Shown here piece after piece: positions 13,694 through 30,270 of a stretch of DNA of 64,000 nucleotides. Below the pieces are notes generated by a model. That model was not told where the DNA came from. It saw only the letters and a program-made list of their open reading frames with translations, and ran no database searches. Numbering within the stretch: the stretch's first letter is position 1; each line of letters opens with the position of its first letter. The DNA lies in assembly GCA_009914755.4 (NCBI GenBank), contig CP086569.2, forward strand, positions 10,240,001 through 10,304,000, in the 5' to 3' direction. This DNA comes from the human T2T-CHM13v2.0 reference genome, Homo sapiens. Made by a program: the position numbers and the translations under genes.

Positions 13694-14798
13694 TTCAAAG
13701 ACTTTCTATGTAAGTTCCCTATTTCTCAATTTTTTAAAATCACTAAAAATGCTTCTGCTTTATTTATTTGTGATTAAAGAAAATACATTCCTTCATGAAC
13801 CTTTATAGAATTGGTAAGGTGTTTCTACAACCCCCTCACAATGCTAACTTTGCCTTTATATAGGAAGTTCCCAGCAGTCTTCTTGTGGCTGACTCCAGAT
13901 ACATAAATTATTATTCCTAGTCTTGTGAGTATGTTGATGGTGGCAGAAGAAGGGGTCTAGAAGCTTGACTGACAACTTCTTGATACTGCTGCCAAAGTTA
14001 TTGTGAGCTGAAGAAACAGAGATGAGAAGGATATGAGACATGCATTATTCCATTAGGCAATTTATAGCATGGCTTTCCTATAAGATTTTATATTATAGCT
14101 TTCATTCATTACAAATATCCCTGAGACAGTTCAAATTCTCCTTTTCTCCATCTTATCTCATATATACTTACTTCATAGACTCTTGGATTTTGGCAAATCA
14201 CCTTACACCAGGTAACATAATTCAGAGTAATTTCAATGCCTGACATTGTGATTTTACTTCCATTGTTACCCATATAAAGAGGAATAATATGGATTCAATT
14301 GTATGCTAGTTTTTTATACACTTCTGATTTTATTTTTCCATTAATTTTGTTTTTATTGTCAACCTCTGAATTATATTAATGATATAGAGAATATGACTCT
14401 TGTGGCTTAGTCTGATATTGCTATACCCTGCAGTGTCTGTACAAGCAGTTATAACAGCTCTTCCAAAAGATGTTGTAAGTGTGGGAATCTGGCATTTCTT
14501 CACTTCTGATAGGGTATTGGAGAAGGACCACTCCTATATCCCCCATTCCTGGATCTGTTCCGATTTGTGGATTAAATCTTGGGTGCAGGCAGATTTTGGG
14601 GCCCAGTAAAACACTGGTGAATGACTCCAGAAATGGTTAGTGTGCACTGCATTCTGGTCAATGACTCCTGAAATGGTTAGGGTGCAAATAGTTCCTAATG
14701 GAATGGAAACATAAAGAATACAATAAAGATTAAAGTGAGAAAACATTTAATTTTACTTCAATTTAAACTTAAATGTTTGCTAAAATATAATTTTTGTT

Positions 14799-15115
14799 GG
14801 CTGGGCATGGTAGGTCAGACCTGTAATCCCTGCATTTTGAGAGGCCTGTAATCCCATGACTGCCCAACACAGGCAGACAACTTCAGGTCAGGAGTTTCAG
14901 ACCAGCCTGGATAATACCGTGAAACCCATCACTACTAAAAATACAAGAAAAAAATGGGTAGGTATTGTGGCACGCACCTTTAGTCCAAGCTACTCAGGAG
15001 GCTCAGGCAAGAGAATCACTTGTATCGGGAATGGAGGTTATAGTGACTGAGATTGTGCCACTGCACTGCAGCCTGGATGACAAAGCGAGACTCCATCTCA
15101 ATAATAATAATAATA
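14799..15115 (+). mobile_element. Alu, plus orientation, with an internal about 30 bp duplication near the 5' end
   Basis: ggctgggcatggtaggtcagacctgtaatccctgcattttgagaggcctgtaatccc... ...gccactgcactgcagcctggatgacaaagcgagactccatctcaataataataat. Confidence 0.85.
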
Positions 15116-15379
15116 CAATAAAATATAAAATAAAATAAATCCTTATTTAGCAATTTAAGCACTTGATATTTTACAAATGAATGATCCCTCATTTTTATTC
15201 TATATGCTATATCATTACAGTGAAATGTAAACAGTATAAATTTATTTAATAGACTGCATTGTTGCTAGATGCTGACAATGGGGCAACCATTGGGGTCAAC
15301 GAGTATAACCACTGCTTCTGAGAATTAGGAACTAAATGCCTTTATATTGTACTTCATTTTGTACTTTTTGTTAATTTGT

Positions 15380-15803
15380 TTTTGGGACAGGTTCTCACTC
15401 GGTTACCCAGACTGGAGTGTAGTCGCTTGATCATGGCTAACTGCAGCCTTGACCTCTCCACTCAAGCAATCCTCCTACCTTAGACTTCTGAGTAGATCAT
15501 ACTACAGGCATATACCACCGAAAGTAGCTAATTTTTGAAACAAATATTCTTAGAGATAAGGTCTTTCTATGTTGTTCAGGTTGGTCTTGAACTCTTGGAC
15601 TTAAGTGATCCTCCCAGTTCAGCCTCCCAAGCAGCTGGCACCATAGGCGTGCACCACCAAGCATAGCTAATTAAAAAAAATTCATATATTAGAGATGGGA
15701 TATCCCTGTGTTGCCCAAGATGATCATGAACTCCTGGGATCAAGCGATTCTTTCACTGCAGCCTCCCAAAATGCTGAGATTACTGGTGTGAGCCACAGCA
15801 CCT
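15380..15803 (-). mobile_element. Alu, minus orientation; composite or extended (a full Alu plus an extra left-monomer-like piece)
   Basis: tttgtttttgggacaggttctcactcggttacccagactggagtgtagtcgcttgatcatggctaactgcagcc ... gctgagattactggtgtgagccacagcacctg. Confidence 0.75.
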
Positions 15804-15824
15804 GTTCAGTATTTTCTCCCCCTT

Positions 15825-15915
15825 TCTTTCCTTCCTTCTCTTTCTTTCTCTTTCTTTTTCTTTCTTTCTTTCTTTCTTTTCTTTCTTTCTTTTTTCTTTC
15901 TTTCTTTCTTTCTTT

Positions 15916-15958
<43 letters not shown>

Positions 15959-16005
15959 CTCTCTCTTTCTTTCTCTCTTTCTCTCTTTCTTTTCTTTTGT
16001 TTATT
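15825..16005. repeat. (CTTT)n/(TTTC)n tetranucleotide microsatellite with CT-rich degenerate ends
   Basis: tctttctttctttctttctttc.. repeated many times. ORF 15695..16057 (FLSFFLSF...) is its translation artefact. Confidence 0.95.
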
Positions 16006-16021
16006 TCTTACAGGGTCTCAC

Positions 16022-16127
16022 TCCCAGCAACATGTCATGGCTAGTGTCCATGGCTGAATCCTGCCAGGGTATTATTCTCAGTTGGTGGTAGATCCTGTCT
16101 ACAGCCAGCTGTCTGACTAAACTGTAA
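16022..16127 (+). repeat. Left arm of an about 106 bp inverted repeat. The partner is 16628-16737. A further direct partial copy of the adjoining sequence lies at 15260-15337, matching 16730-16805.
   Basis: cagcaacatgtcatggctagtgtccatggctgaatcctgccagggtattattctcagttggtggtagatcctgtctacagccagctgtctgactaaactgtaa is the reverse complement of 16628-16737. Confidence 0.85.
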
Positions 16128-16207
16128 TTATGTAGAACAAGGCTAAAGAGCAGTGGCTCAATACAGCCAAGTTATCAGGCTTAGGTGATCCTACCACCTC
16201 AGCCTCC

Positions 16208-16500
16208 CAAGGAGCTAAGATGGGGTCTCACTCCAGTTGCCCAGGCTGGAGTGTAGTGGAACAATCTTGGCTGACTGCCACCTCTGCGTCTCAGGTTCAA
16301 GCCATCTTCCTGCCTTAGCCTCTTGAGTATCTGCAAGTACGGGTATGCACCACCATGCCCAGCTAATTTTTGTATTTTTGGTACAGATGATGTTTCAGCA
16401 TGTTGCCCAGGCTGGTCTCAAACTCCTGGGCTGAAGCAATTTTCATGCATTGATCTCCCAAAGTGCTGGGGGTTACAGGAATGAGCCACCATACCTGGCC
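16208..16500 (-). mobile_element. Alu, minus orientation, preceded by a short additional Alu fragment at 16165-16207; it lies in the spacer of the inverted repeat
   Basis: gatggggtctcactccagttgcccaggctggagtgtagtggaacaatcttggctgactgccacc ... ggttacaggaatgagccaccatacctggcc. Confidence 0.85.
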
Positions 16501-16627
16501 TATTATTTTCTAAAGAAGATTAAAGTCCCTTTCATGTATCAAAATCCAAGGCAAATATAGTTAATAATGATGAAATAGATCTAAAAACTAAATGTAAGCA
16601 TAATTCCATTCTCATGGTTCTAAATAC

Positions 16628-16737
16628 TTACAGTTTAGTCAGACAGCTGGCTGTAGACAGGATCCACCACCAACTCAGAATAATACCCTGGCAGGATTCA
16701 GCCATGGACACTAGCCAGGATGTGTTGCTGGATGCTG
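16628..16737 (-). repeat. Right arm of the inverted repeat (reverse complement of 16022-16127)
   Basis: cttacagtttagtcagacagctggctgtagacaggatccaccaccaactcagaataataccctggcaggattcagccatggacactagccaggatgtgttgctgg. Confidence 0.85.
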
Positions 16738-17489
16738 ATAATGGGGCCATCAATGGGGTCAACATGTATAACCACAGATTCTGAGAATTAGGTACTATAA
16801 ATGGGGGGGAATGGTAAATATAACATGAAAAACAGTATCTTTTCAAATGATCAGTGAGATATGTCATCCTATATATTTACTTGTTTGATGAAGAGGAAAT
16901 TAAGGAAATACAGAGAAGAATGAGAAGGAGTAAAGAAAAGCATCTTCAAAATGTAGAATTAAGGGAAAGGGACCCATTAAATATAGTAAATGAGATAAAT
17001 AATGTAGAGAAGAAAGAAGTGATAATATTTTAAAGACTAAAAACAAAACCGTAAGTACTCAGAACAACAAGTCTTAGTCAGGAGATTTACTTGAGAAAAA
17101 AAATTCCATGTTCTGTAACTTACCAGCAGAACAGTGAAGAAACAATCCCCAAGAAGAAAAGTAGAACTCCCATGTTGGCTTAAGTGTGTGCGAATAGAAG
17201 ATAGGGTTTATGGTTATCTATGAAGATAGGGTTTTAGGAAACTATTTTGGAGATTAAAATGGCAGGATATAGAATGTCTGACATCATAAGAGGTCCTTGT
17301 GAGATAACTGCCTTCCTTTAGGATTAACTAAGCGTTATATGCAAGAAATGTAGCCAAATTAAATGAGATATTAAAATTTTAACTCTTCCATTAGTTCAGT
17401 GTTAACCATTAATTTTGGAGTAGGGACAGATAATATTCCAGTCCCACACCTTTTAAAAATTTAGTGTCTATTCTGTGTTACTATGTAGC

Positions 17490-17823
<334 letters not shown>

Positions 17824-18485
17824 TAGTAATTAAAAACAAATAGATAATCTATATTATCTGACATATTTTCTGCAACAAGTTAAGGAAATATTGATAATTA
17901 TTTAAAATAACCAATAAATAAATATAAAGAACAATAGCACATTTCATTCATATATCTATTGACATACCCACATCTACTCATTATTATATCTCTACTCAGA
18001 AACACTGATATTGTAAATTTACAGAAAATATCTCAAGACAAATTATCTGGCTTTCCTTTAATGGCAATCTGAAGCAAAGAGCTACAATTCAGTAAATTTT
18101 TATCAAATCTCTCAATTGGAATGGGCTATAAGTCAGACACATATATGAGGAAGACCAGTCTTTGCTCTCAGGGAGTTTTCAAGGCAGGGGAGAACAATTA
18201 ATACATAGTATGGGTAGTTGCTACTAAACAAAATAGAAAAGCTGAAGTCAATTATATATAAATAAATTTATATTCCATACTATATAAGTCATGAGATAAC
18301 AGAGAAGGCAGATTACGCAGATTAATGATTTTATTCTAGATCCAAATATATTTTATCATTCCACTTAGCAATTATAGTACATTACTTTCAGCTTCAAGAT
18401 GACTGTAAGACAGCCTCACTGTACCCATCTCTATGTCCTTGTTCAAAATACCAAAAAAGAGGAAAGAAAATAGGGGGAAACCTTT

Positions 18486-18816
<331 letters not shown>

Positions 18817-18829
18817 CAATAAATGATTA

Positions 18830-19010
18830 AAAAAAAATAATTAGCCAGGGATAGTGGTGCATTCCCCTAGTCTTAACTACTGGGGAAGCGAAGGAAGAGG
18901 ATATGTGAGACTTGGAATTGGAGGCTGCAGCGAGCTATAATGGCACCACTGCACTACAGGCTGGGGAGAGAGACCCTGTCTCAAAAAAAAAAAAAAAAAG
19001 AGAGAACAAA
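18830..19010 (+). mobile_element. Partial Alu (right arm) in plus orientation, with poly-A
   Basis: aataattagccagggatagtggtgcattcccctagtc..ggaggctgcagcgagctataatggcaccactgcactacaggctggggagagagaccctgtctcaaaaaaaa. Confidence 0.8.
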
Positions 19011-19125
19011 AGAAGAAAAGAAGGAAGGAAGGAAGGAAAAGAAAGATGAGAGTAGGGAAGTGAAAGGGAAAAGAAAAAGAAATACAGGGAAAGGAAGAAG
19101 GAAGAATTTGTCAGCAAAATAGTGG
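19010..19125. repeat. (GAAA)n/(GGAA)n purine-rich microsatellite, derived from the Alu tail
   Basis: gagagaacaaaagaagaaaagaaggaaggaaggaaggaaaagaaagatgag... ORFs 18940..19122 and 18935..19117 are its translation artefacts. Confidence 0.9.
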
Positions 19126-19199
19126 CACTTAAACAGATTTTTCAGATTTATGCCCTAGAATTCATTACATATTAATTTGTTTTCTGTGTGTGTTTACTA

Positions 19200-19502
19200 G
19201 TTTTGTTTTGTTTTTGTTTTTGACACAGGGTCATGCTGTATCACCCAGTCCAGAGTGCAGCGGCGTGATCTTGTTTTAGTGCAAATTCCACCTCCCGGGT
19301 TTAAGGGATTCTCCCAGCTCACCACCTGTAGCTGGCACCACAGGCCCATGCCACTACTCCCAGGTAATCTTTTGTATTTTTGGTAGAGACAGGGTTTCAC
19401 CATTTTGGCCAGGCTGGCCTTGAACTCCTGGCCTCAAGCTATGTGCCCCACCTTGGCCTCCCAATGTGCTAGAATTACAGACTTGAGCCACCAAGCTGTG
19501 CC
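19200..19502 (-). mobile_element. Alu, minus orientation
   Basis: gttttgtttttgtttttgacacagggtcatgctgtatcacccagtccagagtgcagcggcgtgatcttg ... ctagaattacagacttgagccaccaagctgtgcc. Confidence 0.9.
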
Positions 19503-20195
19503 TACATACAGGGTTTTTCTTTCTTTCCAAACAATTCTTGATAAATCATGTTTTTTCTTGAAATTATCTGTCATCTTATTTTTCACATGACTATGATAAT
19601 AGTGCAACGATTTCTTACAATTCTTTTATTTTTCTTTCTCTTGTTAAATTATCTTGTTATTTATTCTTCCACTGTGTGTATGTGAGTTTGTGTGTGTACT
19701 CATACATGTGTATTTCTTCATTTCTTTACCTTCCTTGTATGCATGTATAAGTGTAAGTATACATTAATATAAATAAACTATTGGATATTTTACTTGATGC
19801 ACAACATCCAAAGCAACTCAATTTTTAAAGTATATTTTATATATTTTGACCAGTCACTAAGGAAAGCAGGATTGCAAGTATACCTCTAGGTGTCACTGAA
19901 TATAAATGTAATTATGACAATTCTATACATTTTTTAGCCCTAAACTATGTTGTATGTACTGTGCACAATACATTATTAATCTTATGATAATAATATCTAG
20001 TAGATACTGTTATTATATTCTCTGTGTTGATTGGGTAAATTTCAAAGATTAAGCAGTCTAACTTCACACAGCTATTAAGTGGTGAAGGTTAGATTTTTCT
20101 TGGTTTGCTTAACTTTATATTGTACAAATCACCACTGCATTATACTATCTTATAGATATTAAGCTTTTAGTCAAATGATTTTTAACTGCTGCCCT

Positions 20196-20213
20196 AAAAA
20201 AAAGTAGCCTATT
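20196..20213. repeat. 5' target-site duplication of the young L1 (aaaaaaaagtagcctatt)
   Basis: The identical string gtagcctatt, preceded by an A-run, recurs at 26285-26304 immediately after the L1 poly-A. Confidence 0.8.
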
Positions 20214-21118
20214 AGGGAGGAGCCAAGATGGCCAAATAGGAACAGCTCCGGTCTACAGCTCCCAGCGTGAGCGATGCAGAAGACGGGTGATTTCTGCATT
20301 TCCATCTGAGGTACCGGGTTCATCTCACTAGGGAGTGCCAGACAGTGGGCGCAGGCCAGTGTGTGTGCGCACCGTGCGCGAGCCGAAGCAGGGCGAGGCA
20401 TTGCCTCACCTGGGAAGCGCAAGGGGTCAGGGAGTTCCCTTTCCGAGTCAAAGAAAGGGGTGATGGACGCACCTGGAAAATCGGGTCACTCCCACCCCAA
20501 TATTGCGCTTTTCAGACCGGCTTAAGAAACGGCGCACCACGAGACTATATCCCACACCTGGCTCAGAGGGTCCTACGCCCACGGAATCTCGCTGATTGCT
20601 AGCACAGCAGTCTGAGATCAAACTGCAAGGCGGCAACGAGGCTGGGAGAGGGGCGCCCGCCATTGCCCAGGCTTGCTTAGGTAAACAAAGCAGCAGGGAA
20701 GCTCGAACTAGGTGGAGCCCACCACAGCTCAAGGAGGCCTGCCTGCCTCTGTAGGCTCCACCTCTGGGGGAAGGGCACAGACAAACAAAAAGACAGCAGT
20801 AACCTCTGCAGACTTAAGTGTCCCTGTCTGACAGCTTTGAAGAGAGCAGTGGTTCTCCCAGCATGCAGCTGGAGATCTGAGAATGGGCAGATTGCCTCCT
20901 CAAGTGGGTCCCTGACTCCTGACCCCCGAGCAGCCTAACTGGGAGGCACCCCCCAGCAGGAGCACACTGACACCTCACATTGCAGGGTATTCCAACAGAC
21001 CTGCAGCTGAGGGTCCTGTCTGTTAGAAGGAAAACTAACAACCAGAAAGGACATCTACACCGAAAACCCATCTGTACATCACCATCATCAAAGACCAAAA
21101 GTAGATAAAACCACAAAG
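20214..21118 (+). promoter_or_regulatory. L1 5' UTR, carrying the internal RNA pol II sense promoter (and, by established knowledge, an antisense promoter)
   Basis: The 5' UTR is complete: it starts at the canonical gggaggagccaagatggcc.. and runs uninterrupted to the ORF1 ATG. Promoter function is inferred from L1 biology, not read from the sequence. Confidence 0.6.
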
Positions 21119-22135
21119 ATGGGGAAAAAACAGAACAGAAAAACTGGAAACTCTAAAACGCAGAGCGCCTCTCCTCCTCCAAAGGAACGCAGTTCCTCAC
21201 CAGCAACAGAACAAAGCTGGATGGAGAATGATTTTGACGAGCTGAGAGAAGAAGGCTTCAGACGATCAAATTACTCTGAGCTATGGGAGGACATTCAAAC
21301 CAAAGGCAAAGAAGTTGAAAACTTTGAAAAAAATTTAGAAGAATGTATAACTAGAATAACCAATACAGAGAAGTGCTTAAAGGAGCTGATGGAGCTGAAA
21401 ACCAAGGCTCGAGAACTACATGAAGAATGCAGAAGCCTCAGGAGCCGATGCGATCAACTGGAAGAAAGGGTATCAGCAATGGAAGATGAAATGAATGAAA
21501 TGAAGCGAGAAGGGAAGTTTAGAGAAAAAAGAATAAAAAGAAATGAGCAAAGCCTCCAAGAAATATGGGACTATGTGAAAAGACCAAATCTACGTCTGAT
21601 TGGTGTACCTGAAAGTGATGTGGAGAATGGAACCAAGTTGGAAAACACTCTGCAGGATATTATCCAGGAGAACTTCCCCAATCTAGCAAGGCAGGCCAAC
21701 GTTCAGATTCAGGAAATACAGAGAATGCCACAAAGATACTCCTCGAGAAGAGCAACTCCAAGACACATAATTGTCAGATTCACCAAAGTTGAAATGAAGG
21801 AAAAAATGTTAAGGGCAGCCAGACAGAAAGGTCGGGTTACCCTCAAAGGAAAGCCCATCAGACTAACAGCGGATCTCTCGGCAGAAACCCTACAAGCCAG
21901 AAGAGAGTGGGGGCCAATATTCAACATTCTTAAAGAAAAGAATTTTCAACCCAGAATTTCATATCCAGCCAAACTAAGCTTCATAAGTGAAGGAGAAATA
22001 AAATACTTTATAGACAAGCAAATGCTGAGAGATTTTGTCACCACCAGGCCTGCCCTAAAAGAGCTCCTGAAGGAAGTGCTAAACATGCAAAGGAACAACC
22101 GGTACCAGCCACTGCAAAATCATGCCAAAATGTAA
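21119..22135 (+). CDS. L1 ORF1p (RNA-binding chaperone with coiled-coil, RRM and CTD); intact 338-aa reading frame
   Basis: ORF 21119..22135: MGKKQNRKTGNSKTQSASPPPKERSSSPATEQSWMENDFDELREEGFRRSNYSEL...YQPLQNHAKM. It has the same length as L1HS ORF1p and, from memory, about 8 aa differences from it (for example ELWEDIQ, ARELHEE, RMPQRY, ARQKG, FIDKQ, EVLNMQ). Confidence 0.9.
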   Translation: MGKKQNRKTGNSKTQSASPPPKERSSSPATEQSWMENDFDELREEGFRRSNYSELWEDIQTKGKEVENFEKNLEECITRITNTEKCLKELMELKTKARELHEECRSLRSRCDQLEERVSAMEDEMNEMKREGKFREKRIKRNEQSLQEIWDYVKRPNLRLIGVPESDVENGTKLENTLQDIIQENFPNLARQANVQIQEIQRMPQRYSSRRATPRHIIVRFTKVEMKEKMLRAARQKGRVTLKGKPIRLTADLSAETLQARREWGPIFNILKEKNFQPRISYPAKLSFISEGEIKYFIDKQMLRDFVTTRPALKELLKEVLNMQRNNRYQPLQNHAKM

Positions 22136-22198
22136 AGACCATCGAGACTAGGAAGAAACTGCATCAACTAATGAGCAAAATCACCAGCTAACATCATA

Positions 22199-26019
<3,821 letters not shown>

Positions 26020-26284
26020 ACAATGAGATCACTTGGACACAGGAAGGGGAATATCACACTCTGGGGACTGTGGTGGGGTCGGGGGAGGGGGGAGGGATAG
26101 CATTGGGAGATATACCTAATGCTAGATGACACATTAGTGGGTGCAGTGCACCAGCATGGCACATGTATACATATGTAACTAACCTGCACAATGTGCACAT
26201 GTACCCTAAAACTTAGAGTATAATAAAAAAAAAAATTAAAAAAAAAAACAATATTAGGTCTTCCAATCTATGAACATGGGATGA

Positions 26285-26304
26285 AAAAAAAAAAGTAGCC
26301 TATT
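26285..26304. repeat. 3' target-site duplication of the young L1
   Basis: aaaaaaaaaaagtagcctatt, matching 20196-20213. Confidence 0.8.
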
Positions 26305-29300
26305 TGCATGGCAAGCAAAATGTTTCATGATCTTGCCCTCCCTCCCTGTGTCCGCTACTGACATTCCCTGATCTTTGTGTATTTAGTCTTGTTTCACTGA
26401 CCACAAGAAAATGTAGGTTATTCCATCAAGTTGATTTTTACTTATAACACTGCATGTTTCCGCACATTCTCCTAGCAAATCTCATTCTATATTTGTGTTT
26501 TTGCTTCTCCTTCCACCACACAGATTTTAAAAACACTGTTTATCTGCATGTTTTATCTCTGCCTAGAAAATATTTCTTAGTACTATGTAATATATTAAAA
26601 ATCATTTTCAGTCTTGTTTTTTTCCATTTCTTTATAACAGATAGTTTTCTTTAAGAGCAAAATATTTCTGGAGGAAAGATTTGTTGGTTTAAATCCTAAT
26701 TTTTTTAGTAATATCCTCTTAAAACTGTGTAGCTTTCAAACGCTTGTAACTTAAGTTTCCTGTTTTGCAAATTAGGCCTAGTAAAAATTTTACAAATGTT
26801 ATGGGACTTCTAAAAATGAAGTTGGTATAAAATGTATGTAGATATTTTATCAAAGCAGTTGATCCTTATCATTATTTAGAAAATGACATTATGTGTATCC
26901 TCTTTAAAAAAAAAAACACTGAAGCATTTTCTCATACATCTTATGGCATCAATCATTATGTATTATTTACAAATCTGTTTTTCCTGTGGTGTAGGCTCAC
27001 TATCTAACTTATTAATTCATTTTTGTATTAGTTATCAATTTAGTATAATATACTACTCAATTACATATAACATTAGTAAATGCATTCCCTCAAGTAAATA
27101 TAAATTGAAACAAAGGGAAATATTTTCTCTTCAAAATGGAAAAAGAGTAATCTATAATGTAGACAGAGCCATGGTCAAATTAATGTTTTTCTGGTAAGAA
27201 TGTGACAAAAAGAATGTGAGAATAGAATGCTACAGTGGGTTTTGTAGCAAAAAAAACTAATAATAGAAATAGATTTGTAACCATAATTTAAGAAACTTTT
27301 TCTAAAATATACATAAACATATAAAATATCTTTCCTTCAGAGCATGATTTTACTGTTAGAATATTCATCAAAAAAGGAAGTGTTAAAAAGATAAATTAAA
27401 ATATTTATGCAGACACAAACAGCTCTATATTGGTATGGTATAGTTTATGAACTAAGTAGTTCATAAGTGGGAGTATAGAATGTATAGACTTTAATTTGTT
27501 TAAATTAATATAAAGCACTTAAAATGTGGCTTATAATAAGCCTTTTTAAAAGTACTGTTCTTTAAAATTCTGATATGCACAATTTATAGACAAACTCAGA
27601 AAAATAAGTTTGGGTTGCATTGTGTAGATATTTAAATGTATTTTTTATGTTACATTTTATTTTGCAACAAAATTCGTAAAATGAAATAGGTAGGGGGAGA
27701 ATAACTTAACGGACAATATAGTCTGTCAGCTAATAAAATATTTTTCTCAGGCATATAAATAGTATTTATTTTACTAGAGCTCTGTTAATTAAGGATGTTA
27801 CTTATTATATACAAATTGAGGACAGAGAAATTGCCTATTTGTGTACATTGTTTTTGTTAATTTTGGAATTTTGGGTCAAATCACTACATTTATCTACTAA
27901 GCAAATAAAATAAAGTGTTCAAATATTTATATTACAACCCAAGAGAGAAGATACAAGATTAAGATGTAGAAACTTTACATTCCTAATTGACTTATTTTTC
28001 TTGCTTTCTTTTAATGTTACTTATTATTGCTTGTTTCTTATGGAGTTCTTTAAATTTTAGTTATTACTTTCCCCTTTATGCATTATTTTATGAAATAAGC
28101 TTATTGCTAATATTTGAGAGGGGGATGAAACATGGATGACTATTTCAAAATAAAAATACTTCTTTAAGGTTGATCACACTACCACAGTTGAAAAAAGTAA
28201 ATAATGAAAATAATATAGAACACATTTTGGCATTTTAATTTTCTTTCCTTCTCTTTTTGTTTTTAATTCAAAAGTTTCTTGGGCCACGCTTTCTTTTATT
28301 TCTGTTACACTTGTCTTTCCCTACTTCCTTTGTGGCTCTCGCAGGGATGGTATATCCGGGTTTCTAAGCTTTTTAGCTGGGTACGCCACTAGCCTCGACT
28401 TTTCCTTCAGCTCATGGTGACAGAAGGTCGTGCACAGGCAGTTTCTCAGAAAATCAGGGAAATTAGGCAAATAAATTCTTAATTTTAAGCAGAGAGGACA
28501 TGTTTGTATCTCAGGTGACAGAGATAATGTCTAAATCATCTGCGAATAGAGGAAATGTGGTAATTCAATCCATGTCTCTCAGGCTTATTTTGGCAAATGT
28601 TAAGAAATTTTATAATTGTTATTATGTGTGGATTTATGTATATAACTGGTTTCTTGTATACCACGGAGTTTTTTCAGACCCCTAAGATTTTGGATTTTTT
28701 TCTTTTTTCTTTTTGCTTTGATGGGTTTTCAATGTGTGGGTGTTGAATTATGGGAGGAAACAGTAGGGAGAGAACTCTTTACTGCTATTAAGAAACTCAC
28801 TTTCGTTAAACTCGCTGATTTTTCTTGAGTATTCTTCCCTTTACTGTCAGACATGTCCGACATGCGGGCAAGTTGTGGGAGATGGAGCTAGGGCGCCATT
28901 TTTTTCATGTGCACTTTTTGTTAAAGTGGTTTTCCTCTGTGAATGTGGTCATAATTCAAATATATAGGCAATATACTTAACCACTGTGATTAAAAACTTG
29001 TATTTTTACTCATAACATGTCAAATTTGTGATTTGCTTGACAGAAATTATGAAATTTTGACATAAATTGCATTACTTTAGTGTATGAGGAAGTCTGGGGC
29101 CATAAATTATCTCAGTTTAAATTTGTCTCCGCAAAACCTTTAATCGTCTCCTTCCTTGTATGACAATATTTGAAACATGTTTCAAGTACCTCTGGCACCG
29201 TAAATAATTTAAATCGAATAAGTGGGTGTAATCGAGATAAATGGTGAAAGATAGCTTAAAACAGAGACAAAATAATACGTTTAAGTTTCTCTGTTAACTT

Positions 29301-29404
29301 GGCACACGGACTTATTTTTGTAATCCTACCATTTTGGGAAGAGGAGGTGTGAGGATGGCTTGAAGTCACGAGTTAGAGACCAGCCTGCGTAATATAATGA
29401 GCTC

Positions 29405-29900
29405 CTTTAATCTACTGCCATTTTGGCACCAGGGACCGGTTTAGTGGAAGGCATTTTTCCACAGACAAGAGGTGGGTAGTGGGAGAAGGTGGTGAGGTGG
29501 ACACCTTGGGAAGGTGGGGGGCGGCCGTTCCAGGAGGAGTACAGGGTAGGGAGGGGTTTTGGGCCAGAGCAGTGTGACGGGGGGCAGCGATGGGACAGCG
29601 GGGTTGCCAGGGGAACAGGGCAGGCCAGCGGGGAATAGGGAGAAGGGATTCTGAATGAAACTGTTCCACCTCAGGTCACACTCAGGGGTTACATTCTTCT
29701 AAGGAGAGCGCCACATAGATCCTCACATGCGAGGTTCACAGTAGGGATCTTAACTCCTGTGAGAATCCAGTGCCTTCGCCAGGAGGCGGGACTCAGGCGG
29801 TGCCAGTGGTTCACCACCTGTTCTGCAGCCGGGTTCCTAACAGGCCACAGACAGATACTGGTTGGAGACCAGGGTTTGGGGATCCGTGATCTATTGTATA
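29405..29900. repeat. Ancient interspersed repeat of MER type; family not identified with certainty. It is GC-rich and has a terminal ggttcctaacaggccacagacagatactggttggagaccagggtttggggatcc motif.
   Basis: A conserved core (catttttccacagacaagaggtgggtagtggg...gaaactgttccacctcag...tcctcacatgcgaggttcacagtagggatcttaactcctgtgagaatccagtgccttcgccaggaggcgggactcaggcggtg) resembles a widespread human repeat consensus. A partial Alu-monomer-like piece lies immediately upstream (29310-29400). Confidence 0.5.
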
Positions 29901-30004
29901 TTTCAAATCACGAAAATATTGTAAAATACTTAAAACATTCTCCCCCAAGAAAGCATGTATTTTAGTTAGCTTGGTTTAATCATTTATTAAAATTTCAAGC
30001 TGGT

Positions 30005-30270
30005 CGTGGTTGTTCACCCTTGAAATATCAACACCTTGGTAGCACCAGGCCAGAAGAGCGCTTGAGTCCAGGAGTTCGAGACCAGCTTGGGTACCATGGA
30101 GAATCCCACATCTATTAAAGAAACACAAAAAAATTGCCTACTAGCTCTGATAGCGAGAGCCTGTAGCTTCCCAAGTAGCTGAGAAGTGGGAGGATCACTT
30201 GAGGCTCCGTAGGGGACACTGCAGTGAGCAGTGCACGTTGGCAACAGGAAATTTCCATCTCAAAAAAAAA
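30005..30270 (+). mobile_element. Diverged Alu (AluJ-like), plus orientation
   Basis: ggccagaagagcgcttgagtccaggagttcgagaccagcttgggtacc ... gcagtgagcagtgcacgttggcaacaggaaatttccatctcaaaaaaaaa. Confidence 0.7.

Noticed and set aside
15695-16057. The 120-aa ORF rich in FLSFFLSF as a membrane or low-complexity protein
   Set aside because: It is a translation of the (CTTT)n microsatellite. The same applies to the Lys/Glu/Arg-rich ORFs 5709..5894 and 18940..19122 (GAAA/GGAA repeats) and to the His-Thr / Cys-Val ORFs at 30582..30915 ((GT)n).
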